NCBI GenBank assembly: GCA_003345555.1
Contig: PRDJ01000078.1
Location: 1 to 32,000 of the forward strand
Source: Candidatus Thorarchaeota archaeon
GTDB taxonomy: Archaea > Asgardarchaeota > Thorarchaeia > Thorarchaeales > Thorarchaeaceae
DNA length: 32,000 nucleotides
Reading direction: 5' to 3'
The number at the start of each line of letters is the position of its first letter. Position 1 is the stretch's first letter. The notes beneath the pieces are model-generated. The model did not search any database. It was not told the origin of the DNA and saw only the letters and a list, made by a program, of their open reading frames with translations. Shown here one piece after another: positions 1 to 9,245 of the stretch. The position numbers were made by a program, and so were the translations under genes.

Positions 1-510
1 CTCATACATGACTTGGCTAAGAAGCTTTACAATGAGTCTCCAGACTCTCGTGTCCTGCTTGTTGGAACAGGCTCTTCCATTGCTTCATTGCTGGAAAAGC
101 TCTCCAGAGACAACTTGGCCTGCATGGTAATCTACGCAGGTCTGCAGCCTTTCGAGCAGATGCCGAGATTCAACAGTGCTTGTGACATAGCGGTATGCGT
201 CTTTCCTAGGACTCTCACCTCTCATGCGGCTTCGCCTCTCAAGATCTTCGAGTATATGGGCGCGGGAAAAGCCATAGTTGCCACGCGAGTAGCTGGTACG
301 GCAGAGGTCCTCGACGAGAACACTGCAATCATCGTGCCACCCGATGACACGGCGGCGATATGTGATGCGGTCGTCATGCTCTGCCGCGACCCCCTGCTCA
401 GAGCGCGTCTCGGCACGAATGCGAGAGCAAGTGCAGAGAGATCCTACTCTTGGAAGAGTCTATCGGAGAGGTTTCTCGATGAGTGTTTCAAGGTTGTGGC
501 CGAACACTGA
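1..510 (+). CDS. GT4 (GT-B fold) glycosyltransferase, C-terminal part; gene truncated by the window start
   Basis: Frame is open from base 1 (LIHDLAKK...). The GT4 C-terminal motif SPLKIFEYMGAGKAIVAT...G..E.L is followed by the typical R..LG.NARA...YSW closing helix. Confidence 0.9.
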   Translation, partial: LIHDLAKKLYNESPDSRVLLVGTGSSIASLLEKLSRDNLACMVIYAGLQPFEQMPRFNSACDIAVCVFPRTLTSHAASPLKIFEYMGAGKAIVATRVAGTAEVLDENTAIIVPPDDTAAICDAVVMLCRDPLLRARLGTNARASAERSYSWKSLSERFLDECFKVVAEH

Positions 511-543
511 GCATACACGTGGGTTCGATACCTCGAGAGAAGC

Positions 544-1761
544 CTAGGGTAGTGTCATGGTTTTCCGGTAATTGGTCAGTGTCCTCTTGACAGCCAGAGC
601 CCATGTTTCGGTCTTCGCATACTGTTTAAGTCTCTCACCAATTCTCAAGGCCGAATCAGTATCACTCAGGACATGCACGAGCTTGTCAGCCATGTCTTCT
701 GGGTGTCCCGCCTGAAAGAGAACGAGACCGCCTCCGAGTGACTCTCTCATATGGTGTCCCGTGTTGGAAGCAACGATGGGTACGCCGTACCCTGCTGCGT
801 TGTGGGCAGGTCCGCTGGCACCAACACTTTCCATATATGGCAATAGGATTACTGATGCGGCCGACATGTACGTCGGTACCTCGTCTTCAGGAATGAACTT
901 AGTGTCGAATCTCACGGTACCATTAAGGGAAAGCGAAGATGTGCTTTCATGGAGTTCTGTAAGGTACGCCGAATCATCCTTGTCCAAAGGTGCACCAGCA
1001 ATCAGGAGAACCGAATCCCTCACAACCTTGCGCACATCATTCATGGCCAGCAATGCCGTCTCCAGTCCTTTTCCCCTGCGGATGAATCCAAAGACCAGAA
1101 TGACCTTCTTCCCTGACAGGCCCAGAGTCTGAAGTGCCTGACCTCGGTCAAGAACCCTCCGAGGAAGCCGACAAGGCATAGGTATCTCCAGAGTCTTCTT
1201 TTCTTGGAAACTCCACTCCTCGAGAAATCTTTCTCTGAGTGTCGAGCCGGTTTTCACAGTGCTGAGCTGAACTGAGCTGGTTCCGAAATCGAGTAGCCGC
1301 ATGTAAATCCGGAATAGTGCCGGAGCCAGAACCGAGAGCCCACCGATTGCTCTGTATACTCTGACTCTCTCTTTCACCTGTTCGCGCATCCAAGTGCTGT
1401 GAAGGGTCATTGTCGTCCTAATCCCTAGCGCCTTGAGTAGGATTAGGAGAAACAACATCGGTTCTCCGAAGAACCCTCCGTACACCTTCCCGTGCGGCCC
1501 AAACTGAACATGGACGATATGAGGCCTCATTCTGCTAATCGCCCTGAGAAGCCCCAAAGGATACATGAGACTGCGGCCGTTCCATATTCGGTAGATTTCT
1601 GTTTTTCCCATCTCTGTCAAAAGCGGTTTTGCGTCTCGACCTGTGATTGCCAACACTCTGATGTTTCTGATGCTGTCTAGGCCGTGTATGAGTTCAGCAG
1701 CATAACTGGACTCGCCTGTCCTCTGAGGAGGCAATGGAGAAATCATGGCGATTCGAAGCAT
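544..1761 (-). CDS. GT4 family glycosyltransferase
   Basis: N-terminal MLRIAMISPLPPQRTGESSYA strand-loop, FGFIRRGKGLE donor-binding loop and LPY...SG...A.GYGVPIVAS. Start trimmed from 1830 to the ATG at 1761 because the GT4 fold begins there. Confidence 0.9.
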   Translation of the reverse strand: MLRIAMISPLPPQRTGESSYAAELIHGLDSIRNIRVLAITGRDAKPLLTEMGKTEIYRIWNGRSLMYPLGLLRAISRMRPHIVHVQFGPHGKVYGGFFGEPMLFLLILLKALGIRTTMTLHSTWMREQVKERVRVYRAIGGLSVLAPALFRIYMRLLDFGTSSVQLSTVKTGSTLRERFLEEWSFQEKKTLEIPMPCRLPRRVLDRGQALQTLGLSGKKVILVFGFIRRGKGLETALLAMNDVRKVVRDSVLLIAGAPLDKDDSAYLTELHESTSSLSLNGTVRFDTKFIPEDEVPTYMSAASVILLPYMESVGASGPAHNAAGYGVPIVASNTGHHMRESLGGGLVLFQAGHPEDMADKLVHVLSDTDSALRIGERLKQYAKTETWALAVKRTLTNYRKTMTLP

Positions 1762-1954
1762 CGGACTCAGGCACCTTGGACCCTCTCGCTTGAAAAAGGC
1801 TTCCGAAGCCATGTCATCAAGAGTCTGCATAGCTTGGTTTACGGGCGGTCAGGAGTAGGTTTATTCATGGGGTCCATCACGAGGCTCTGTAAACTTGCGA
1901 AGAGAGTCCCTTCCAACAGCCTAATCTGCCAAGGGACAACACGGTGATGAACAA

Positions 1955-3496
1955 GTGTCCGAAGGAGCTTTGCACCCTGCTAAGGGGACTTCCATGTTCC
2001 TGTTGCAGTCAATAATCTCTGGGCTCTTTCGGCTAGGTAACATCATGATCTTGGCTAGATTACTCCTGCCCCAAGAGATGGGCCGGGTCGCAGTTGTTGG
2101 GATAATCTACGCTTTCATGCAGTTTGTTGGAGCTTTCGGGTTAAACAACGCCTCCCCACTTGTGGTACCCCAGGAAGAACAAAATGGCCAAATGGAGCGA
2201 GTGCGATTCTTTCTGAGGCGATCGGTCGCGATTGTTTTGACATCATCGATGTCTCTTGCCTTGCTATTGTTCGTCTTCTTGCCCTTGTTCGTGTCCCCGG
2301 AGACTCTTGCGCCCAGCCTCCTGTGGCTGGTCCTTGTCATAGGACCATTTTCATCTCTTGAGGTCTTTCTCGATTCCTTCCTCTTGGCAAGATACAATGT
2401 GCGTCCGCTTGTAGCGGGCCGAATTCTGTTTGACCTATCTCGTGTCCTATTGACAGTCTTGCTAGTCATGGATGGCCTTGGCGCAACGGGCGTTGTAGTT
2501 GGCTGGTTCCTTGGTGAAGTCATCGCTGTCTCGGTCTTCGGCAGTCTAGTAGGTAGAGGATTGCCCAAGGTTTCTTCGCCTATTGTCATGAGGCCGATTC
2601 TTGGGTTTGCTCTCTCTACCATGCTCTTTCAGACGGTGGACGTGACCATCCAGAACACAGATAGAGTCATTCTTCTGCAATTGACTGGCTTATCATCGTT
2701 GGGCGTGTATGATGTTCTCCTCGGAATGCTGTTCTTGATTAGCTTCATTTCTCTTTCATTGTCCAGTGCTGTGTACCCCTACCTGACTCAAACTAGAGTC
2801 CGCCTTCAGGGGTTTGACGGTTGGGGCTATGGCATGGGTCGACTGGTCTCAATGCTTCTAAGGTACATGATGATGTTGCTCCTACCCATTTCGATTGTAG
2901 CAGCAATGAATTCTCATCTGGTGTTGACTGTATTTCTTGGACCTGCCTATGCCGAATACCCAAATGCTTCGCTGTCGTTCTCAATACTCATACTGTCTTA
3001 CGTCGCCTGGGGCGCGGTGTATGGCATCCATATAAGTCTCCGGTCACTTGGTGAGGTGAAGTTCTTTGCCGCTGTTGGTGTCGGAATCATTTTCTTTGAG
3101 ATTCAAGGCTGCTTGTTTCTCACCTCAATGCTGGGTTTGTTCGGATCCGCACTTGTGCGCGCTATGTACATAGTGCTTCTATGTGTCACTGGGTTGGCTA
3201 GACTGCGCCAAAGGGGTGTCGTTGGACTATCCTCTGTTGCAAAGTCTGTTGGCAGGATCGTTGCAGCTTCAGTCATCTGTGGCACGGCTGTCGTCTTTGT
3301 TGCACCAACTGGCATCCTGAGTTTCGTCTTTTGGGCGGCAATCTCCATGGGCCTCTACGTAGTACTGTTGTTTCTCTTTAGAGAGATTGCAGAGAGTGAC
3401 TTTCGAATTGCACGCTCGATACTTCCCTTGGCATATCATCGTCTTCTAGACAGAATAGAGACTGTGTACCTAAAGGGCTCTTCGGGCTCTCCCTGA
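1955..3496 (+). CDS. Oligosaccharide flippase / polysaccharide biosynthesis protein (MOP superfamily, Wzx/AglR-like)
   Basis: 513 aa with about 12-14 hydrophobic segments. N-terminal ARLLLPQEMG pattern and central QNTDRVIL...LGVY pattern are typical of Wzx-like flippases. GGTGA SD at 1943-1947 precedes the GTG start. Confidence 0.88.
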   Translation: MSEGALHPAKGTSMFLLQSIISGLFRLGNIMILARLLLPQEMGRVAVVGIIYAFMQFVGAFGLNNASPLVVPQEEQNGQMERVRFFLRRSVAIVLTSSMSLALLLFVFLPLFVSPETLAPSLLWLVLVIGPFSSLEVFLDSFLLARYNVRPLVAGRILFDLSRVLLTVLLVMDGLGATGVVVGWFLGEVIAVSVFGSLVGRGLPKVSSPIVMRPILGFALSTMLFQTVDVTIQNTDRVILLQLTGLSSLGVYDVLLGMLFLISFISLSLSSAVYPYLTQTRVRLQGFDGWGYGMGRLVSMLLRYMMMLLLPISIVAAMNSHLVLTVFLGPAYAEYPNASLSFSILILSYVAWGAVYGIHISLRSLGEVKFFAAVGVGIIFFEIQGCLFLTSMLGLFGSALVRAMYIVLLCVTGLARLRQRGVVGLSSVAKSVGRIVAASVICGTAVVFVAPTGILSFVFWAAISMGLYVVLLFLFREIAESDFRIARSILPLAYHRLLDRIETVYLKGSSGSP

Positions 3497-3673
3497 GCTG
3501 CCTCACTACGGAGTCGTTCCTACGCTGGACCTAAAGGTGATCGTGTTTTCCATTGTCTCGGATGGCTGCCGGCTGGATTTTGCACGCTGTTCGAATCAGA
3601 ATGCCACGATATTGATTCTTGTGTCGCAATGAGTGTCACGCACGATATTCGCCGCTTGTAGGTTGTTCGTCTA

Positions 3674-4726
3674 CTAATCCGTACCCCACAGCGCCAAGTA
3701 GGTCTCTGCCAAACGATTCCAAGACATCTTGGCGGCAAACGCTCTTCCTCTCTGAGAAACGTCGGCAGCAAGTCTGGAATCCCTGAATAGACGAGCAATC
3801 TCGTTAGCAACGCCTTCCGGACTTGTCTGGATAGATATTGGTCCTCCTTCGTCTATCACTGCTTTCAGATAATCAGATTTCAGTGCAGATCTTGCAATCC
3901 CGATGACAGGAAGACCCAGAGACATGGCCTCAAGGATTGAAAGGTAACCCCCAGCAAGACAAACCTCTCTCTCGTTCATGACTTCGCTTGGATTGTTGAT
4001 TATTCCTGCAAATTCAACCTCCACACCTCTCGACAATGCCAAGTCGGCAACCTCCTGCTCAATACTTCCTGAGCCACATATCGTCAACGCCAGGGCGATG
4101 CCGTACTTCTCTCCAAGGATTGCCAAAGCCTTTACATATTCGGGGATGCCCGTGTCTTCTTCAATTCTCCCAACGAACACGGCCCCTTTTCTTGGTTGTC
4201 GAGGTAGCGGCTTGAGCTCAACAGCCCCCAGAGAAAGTCTGTCACACTGCACTCCATACTGTCGTGCAATGAACCCGCCCACGCAGAGGCATCTTCGAGC
4301 CAGTCTCCTAGCGAGCACACGCAGGACCTTGTAAGCAATTGGCACAGGGTCTCTTTCAAAACCATGAAAAGTCGCAAAGACAGGCCTTTCCGGAGAAAAC
4401 AACATTAAAGGGGCATACCAGAATACTAGTGGAATAGGATCGTGAACGTGAATAATATCGTGTTTCTTGATCCAGTGGCGATTCGCAATCATCCATAAGG
4501 CAACAAGGAACGGGTTACTGTCCCAAGCATAGGGAATCCGTATGATTATCGAGTTGTCGAGCCTTTCCTGTCGAGCGATTCCTTGGGAATTGCTTGAGGT
4601 CAAGACAGTTACACCAAGTCCTCGTGCTGCGAGCTCATTCACAACGCCTTCTATATGCCTCTGGACCCCACCGACAGCCGGCAAGTAGTGTTCCGAGATC
4701 ATCAGAACACGGACTCCGTTTTCCAA
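3674..4726 (-). CDS. GT4 family glycosyltransferase
   Basis: RVLMISEHYLPAVGGVQRHI, DIIHVHD, FVGRIEEDTG and LSILEAMSLGLPVI motifs. TTG start. Confidence 0.92.
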   Translation of the reverse strand: MENGVRVLMISEHYLPAVGGVQRHIEGVVNELAARGLGVTVLTSSNSQGIARQERLDNSIIIRIPYAWDSNPFLVALWMIANRHWIKKHDIIHVHDPIPLVFWYAPLMLFSPERPVFATFHGFERDPVPIAYKVLRVLARRLARRCLCVGGFIARQYGVQCDRLSLGAVELKPLPRQPRKGAVFVGRIEEDTGIPEYVKALAILGEKYGIALALTICGSGSIEQEVADLALSRGVEVEFAGIINNPSEVMNEREVCLAGGYLSILEAMSLGLPVIGIARSALKSDYLKAVIDEGGPISIQTSPEGVANEIARLFRDSRLAADVSQRGRAFAAKMSWNRLAETYLALWGTD

Positions 4727-4811
4727 GTCAAGAGGCCTAAGGCTTCATGCCGCAATCTCGTTATTTAGGCTTGTTACTTAACAGGTGTTCCGTGCTGGGC
4801 AAGTATCTGTT

Positions 4812-7421
4812 CTACACCCCTTGGACATCCCACAAGGATATGGATGGAATGATGACTGTGCCACTAGGACTTCCTTCAATCACGATATGAATATCACCGA
4901 TGTTGACATGGTCCAGAGGACAATAATATTCATCAGTTGTTAAGGCCAGTGCGTAGTTTACGAAATCGGCGGCCGAATTCCAGACTTCGATTCTTGCTAC
5001 TCTTGCAGACAAATTGAAGACGTTGAACAGCAGAAAGCCTTCATTCACACTGAGATTCAGATCAAAATGAGCTGGGCGCCATGTACTCGTATGATTCTCC
5101 AGATCTCCTATTACGAGTGCAGGGTATCCACCCAGGTTCACTATAGCTCCATCATTGGTAGCGCCCCATCCAGGGCTCAACAAATCGGCATTCCACACTC
5201 TCGTGTAGCTCAGGTTCTCGAATCTGAATATGCGCGTATGCTCACCAGAGCTGCTAGGTGGCGTTTGAGCGACAAGGGTTAGTGAGACCAAGGGGCCAGT
5301 TATGTTCTCACTCTCAGGTATCAAGACTGTATTTGTCAGTAAGGGGATCGAACTACCTACTGCAATCGGATAGTCCAAAAGCTCAGAAATGGTTCTCCAG
5401 TGAGCGACCGTGTACGGGTCAACCAATAGGTAACTCGCTTTGAACTGGTGAGCCAGTGCGGCCAGTTGTTTGCTTGCGTTGGCAAGAGGAAGACCTGCCT
5501 GACTGAATGAAAGGATTGCCGAGCGCCTACCAGTGAACCATGAGAACTCCCTTCCCCTATCCGCCAAATAGACAGAATCAATACCGCTTATCTGACTCAC
5601 AATGTCAGGAAGATCCTGCCAAGCATATCTCTTCTCGATGTTGACAAGATCAAGTCCATATGGTATAGCAAGATAGGATGGTACAAACCCCACGAGGATT
5701 ATACTGGCGAGCACAAGCGCTCTTCTCCTTCTCTTTGGAAGGAACGCAGCCGGAAGCTCCAATGTGCTATTTGTGTTGGGTTCTGAGCTTTCTGCTGCGA
5801 AAAATGCTCCAAGTGAAATGACAAACAACATCGTCAGGAGAAGAAAGAACCTCGAATCAGAGTAGAGGTATTGAAGCTCGAGGCTGCCTTCGACAACGCT
5901 CAGCACTCTTAGTGTTCCAGCTGCAGCCACTAGGGCAGTAGCCACGAGTATGAGTGACATCTGCTTGTTTCTTCCTCGAGTTAATGCCAGAGGAACAACG
6001 CACGCCAGTACTGGCGTTAGGTGGAACACGAGGAAGAATGCGAAGCTGGCGATTGTGCTTGGTGGCAGCGGTGCCAGCACAACCGACGCCAGCTGTTCTC
6101 CTTGGAAGACAGTAATCTGCCCCGCGAAGTAAGCTTTCGCTTGGAGTGGCCATATCCATGCAACTTCAGCAACCATGATACCTACGAAGAAAGGAGTGTA
6201 CCTGCCGATTCCAAGGGTAGGCTTCAATCGCTTCACTGTCGCTAGAAGGAAGTACAGAAGTGCGTACATTCCGTAGAACACGAACACGTTACTATAGTAC
6301 AGTCTGGCTATCAACACCAATGGCAGAAGCAAAGAAAATGATAGATTTCTACCTCGCCCTAGTCTCCTTGCAACCAAGAACACAACTGGAAATGTGATGC
6401 ATGCTAGGTAGAAATCTGCATACCAGATAGCATCCACGAGTCCGATAAGTATCCCGACCCCTAGTAGTACTCCTTTGCTACTATCTTGGCACTCTACCAT
6501 CAAGAGTGTTCCATACATGACAAAGAGAAGACTCGTAATCTCTGGTCCATACCCAACGGCAGAGTGGAACACGAAGAGTGGGTGAATCGCTATTAGACAG
6601 GTTGACCAAGTCGCCGCAGCAGTTCCGAACCAACGTTCAGTCAATGAGAAGCACGGGAAAAGTAGCACTAGCCCTATCAGAGCGAGAATGAGAGTTGGAC
6701 CCGAAGTACCTGGCGAAGCTAGAAGCCACGACACGGCGAAGACATAGGTCATTGCCTGATGGGCGACATAGTCGACGTCCGTGCCAATTGCTAAGACCGC
6801 GCTGTCGTTGGAAACAGAGGATTCGAAAGTCCCGTTCATGATGTTTCTTGCGTAGTCCGCATACAGAGAGGCATCGGGAGCTATGGAACCCTGCGCGAAG
6901 TACAGGAGTATCATCCGTACTAGCAATCCCAAGACAAGGATCATAACGAGAGATTTGTGCCATCGAAATCTGATCGCATCGGCCAAGTCATGCTGTCTGT
7001 TCCCTAGTCGCAGTAGGAGTAAGCCAAGCCCCAGAGTGCATGAACTCATCAGCAACATCCAAGGCATGAGGGATATTCTGAACCCTAGGAGTGTCACGTT
7101 GTACAAGAGGTGTGTCTCAAGTACTGTAAGTACGATACCTGAGAGCAACGTGGTTCCTATGTCCATGACCTGCTTCGGGAGGACCAGAGTGGTCAAGATG
7201 GCGCCCTGAACAACAATCAGAGTGACCAGCCCCGAAAGAAACCTCACGGGAACGACGATGGGTGAAAGAACAAGCGAATATGACACGAAGAATACAAACG
7301 CACTCGTCAAATACACGATGGTCAGACGGGAATCCCAGCCGAGCTTGAACCAAGGACCCATAAAGGCAGGCAGTTGGCTCAGTCTTGATTCAGGAACAAC
7401 TTCTTCGCCATGCAAACCCAT
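4812..7421 (-). CDS. Large multi-pass membrane protein, probable GT-C fold (PMT/ArnT-like) glycosyltransferase with C-terminal extracytoplasmic domains
   Basis: 869 aa with roughly 14-16 TM segments. First-loop motif APDASLYADYARNI resembles the D-x-x-x-Y loop of GT-C enzymes. A soluble C-terminal region of about 270 aa carries 6 N-x-S/T sequons. The exact start is uncertain. Confidence 0.7.
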   Translation of the reverse strand: MGLHGEEVVPESRLSQLPAFMGPWFKLGWDSRLTIVYLTSAFVFFVSYSLVLSPIVVPVRFLSGLVTLIVVQGAILTTLVLPKQVMDIGTTLLSGIVLTVLETHLLYNVTLLGFRISLMPWMLLMSSCTLGLGLLLLRLGNRQHDLADAIRFRWHKSLVMILVLGLLVRMILLYFAQGSIAPDASLYADYARNIMNGTFESSVSNDSAVLAIGTDVDYVAHQAMTYVFAVSWLLASPGTSGPTLILALIGLVLLFPCFSLTERWFGTAAATWSTCLIAIHPLFVFHSAVGYGPEITSLLFVMYGTLLMVECQDSSKGVLLGVGILIGLVDAIWYADFYLACITFPVVFLVARRLGRGRNLSFSLLLPLVLIARLYYSNVFVFYGMYALLYFLLATVKRLKPTLGIGRYTPFFVGIMVAEVAWIWPLQAKAYFAGQITVFQGEQLASVVLAPLPPSTIASFAFFLVFHLTPVLACVVPLALTRGRNKQMSLILVATALVAAAGTLRVLSVVEGSLELQYLYSDSRFFLLLTMLFVISLGAFFAAESSEPNTNSTLELPAAFLPKRRRRALVLASIILVGFVPSYLAIPYGLDLVNIEKRYAWQDLPDIVSQISGIDSVYLADRGREFSWFTGRRSAILSFSQAGLPLANASKQLAALAHQFKASYLLVDPYTVAHWRTISELLDYPIAVGSSIPLLTNTVLIPESENITGPLVSLTLVAQTPPSSSGEHTRIFRFENLSYTRVWNADLLSPGWGATNDGAIVNLGGYPALVIGDLENHTSTWRPAHFDLNLSVNEGFLLFNVFNLSARVARIEVWNSAADFVNYALALTTDEYYCPLDHVNIGDIHIVIEGSPSGTVIIPSISLWDVQGV

Positions 7422-7533
7422 GGAGTCCCACCTGGTTGAATACTCGATGAAGCAAGTTGCAACGATGACTGCTTAAGGAGGAAACCTCCATACAGCTGTG
7501 TTTCTCGTACAATCTGCGCATCTGTGCTCGGGG

Positions 7534-7573
7534 TGATTACAATCAGCGGTCGTACGTGCTAGGTATTTAAAAA
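7534..7573 (-). promoter_or_regulatory. Candidate TATA box (TTTTTAAATA on minus, 7573-7564) with downstream palindrome TGATT-AC-AATCA (7534-7545)
   Basis: This is the main AT-rich tract in the 294-bp gap upstream of the 869-aa gene. The palindrome lies 20-30 nt downstream of the box in the gene's direction. Confidence 0.35.
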
Positions 7574-7715
7574 TGATACTGAGAGAATCTACCTCGGCAG
7601 GTTTCTTCCGCTTCGACGGACGAGAATCCTGCTCTTCTTACCCACTCAACCCTCCCGAATTGTCTTGTTTGCCATTGGCCCAAAAAGCAAGCCCTTCGTA
7701 TGGAAGGTTGACACA

Positions 7716-8699
7716 CTAGGCAGGCATGGATGGAATGACCCACCCAGAATTGTTGTATTTGAGATCCTTGTAGTCAGTCACAACGCCATCCTGAAGGAGC
7801 TCTTTCACGCCTCTGATGCTCTTGACAAAAGACAGTTGCGTATCAAAGCCTATCTCGTGAATCTTCCCAAAGTCAACGCGGTACGATCGCGAGTCGTCGC
7901 GATTGGGCGCCCATGTCAGCTTCACGTCACCGAGTTGCTTTGCCACAAGCTCTCCAAGATGTCCAATAGTGATGTTGTGGTCATCTGAACCAACATTGAT
8001 GATTGAGTGAGAGACTAGTCCTGAATCAGCTTCTAGGATCATGGAAAACGCTCTGGATGCATCTCTTACGTCGAGCAAAGGCCTCCATTGGTTGCCGCCG
8101 AAGACCCTCACCTCATGATCAAAATACGCCGTTGCAGTCATCACGTTCAGTACGAGATCGAACCTCATCCTGAATGAAGGGCCGCAGAGTGTTGATAGAC
8201 GCATGACAACGGGCTCAAAGCCGTTCGGGACGCCAAGCAACGCCTGTTCTGACTCAAGCTTGGTTTTAGCATAGAGAGAAAGAGGTTGTGTCGGGCTGGA
8301 TTCCGTAACAGTCATACCCTCACTTTCCCCATATACACTGCAGGTTGATGCAAAAAGGAATCTTCGGACTCCGTTAGACTTCGCGACCTGGGCCAGAAGC
8401 CTTGTTGCCCAATAGTTGGTCTCAATCGAGGCATCTCCATTCCTTTCGCACGCTGGAACGCCCACAATTGCAGCAAGATCGATTACAGCATCAACATCTT
8501 TCATGGCTGATGTTATGTCTTCTACGTGTCGAATGTCTCCCTTGACGAATTGAAACCTCGGGTTGCTGAACAACGCCGAAATCGACTCATCTCCGAATAT
8601 CAACCTGTCCAATACTCTCACATAGTGGCCCCGTTCAAGCAGGTGCCTCGCAAGTGTTGATCCGAGGTAGCCCGCGCCACCGGTGAGAAGCACTTTCAT
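7716..8699 (-). CDS. NAD-dependent epimerase/dehydratase (extended SDR)
   Basis: GGAGYLG Rossmann motif, HLAA-equivalent DLAAIVG, FASTCSVYG, catalytic YAKTK (YxxxK) and QWRPLLDVRD. Confidence 0.93.
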   Translation of the reverse strand: MKVLLTGGAGYLGSTLARHLLERGHYVRVLDRLIFGDESISALFSNPRFQFVKGDIRHVEDITSAMKDVDAVIDLAAIVGVPACERNGDASIETNYWATRLLAQVAKSNGVRRFLFASTCSVYGESEGMTVTESSPTQPLSLYAKTKLESEQALLGVPNGFEPVVMRLSTLCGPSFRMRFDLVLNVMTATAYFDHEVRVFGGNQWRPLLDVRDASRAFSMILEADSGLVSHSIINVGSDDHNITIGHLGELVAKQLGDVKLTWAPNRDDSRSYRVDFGKIHEIGFDTQLSFVKSIRGVKELLQDGVVTDYKDLKYNNSGWVIPSMPA

Positions 8700-8768
8700 T
8701 TCTGCCTACAGCCCCCAGTTTTCCTGAATCACTCTGAATCGAATCTATATGTCTGGGAGCCTCATACC

Positions 8769-8776
8769 CTTTTATA
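8769..8776 (-). promoter_or_regulatory. Candidate TATA box (TATAAAAG) for the SDR gene at 8699
   Basis: Canonical TBP-site sequence on the minus strand, about 70 nt upstream of the ATG. Confidence 0.45.
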
Positions 8777-9245
8777 CTGTATCATGAGGTATCATCTGTA
8801 CTCGTTAGTCGAGTGTTCGCAGTATCCCCCAGAAGGCCGGTCTTCGCCTTACAAACGGATGAGATTCCCTTCCAATGAAGCTAGTCGACCAAACAGTTTC
8901 AGCCGGTGACTGCCATCCATTTGAGTCTGTCTGGCTGCTCATGCAGGCAGAGGTTGGGTGTCACTGGTCGGCAACTAGCTGGAAGACATGAGCAGAGGCA
9001 GGCTGGAAGACAGTCATATAGCGCTTCCGCCAACGCTGCCTGATGGTCTTGAGCTCTAAGAACCATGGTGTTCAACGGTTGACACTCAGATGGCGACCAA
9101 ACGGGGACCACATGAGTAAAGAAACAGGTAGAGAAGGACTCCTTATGGCTCTCACGTTCTTCACTTCTCGAAACGTTTTTCAGTGGACACCAAACCCATC
9201 ATATAGACCGGCGGCCAAAGAGGCCTAGGGCAATGAGGTAATCGC

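Noticed and set aside
521-533. GGGTTCGATACC, a tRNA T-arm-like sequence in a convergent gap
   Set aside because: The stem is only 2-3 bp, no acceptor, D or anticodon arm can be built, and the upstream sequence is coding.
1762-1830. N-terminal extensions given by the ORF track for 544-1830, 17764-18822 and 18786-19808
   Set aside because: The folds start at downstream ATGs (1761, 18783, 19709). The extensions overlap neighbouring genes or promoter regions.
3537-3608. GTTCGAATC followed by CCA in the 177-bp convergent gap
   Set aside because: The CCA is too close to the T-loop, the acceptor stem pairs poorly and there is no D-loop consensus. The 9-bp repeat CACGATATT (3605, 3641) is within chance.
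8875-9228. Short ORFs (23-70 aa) in the 546-bp spacer
   Set aside because: They have no motifs, no SD and no consistent frame that would indicate a pseudogene.
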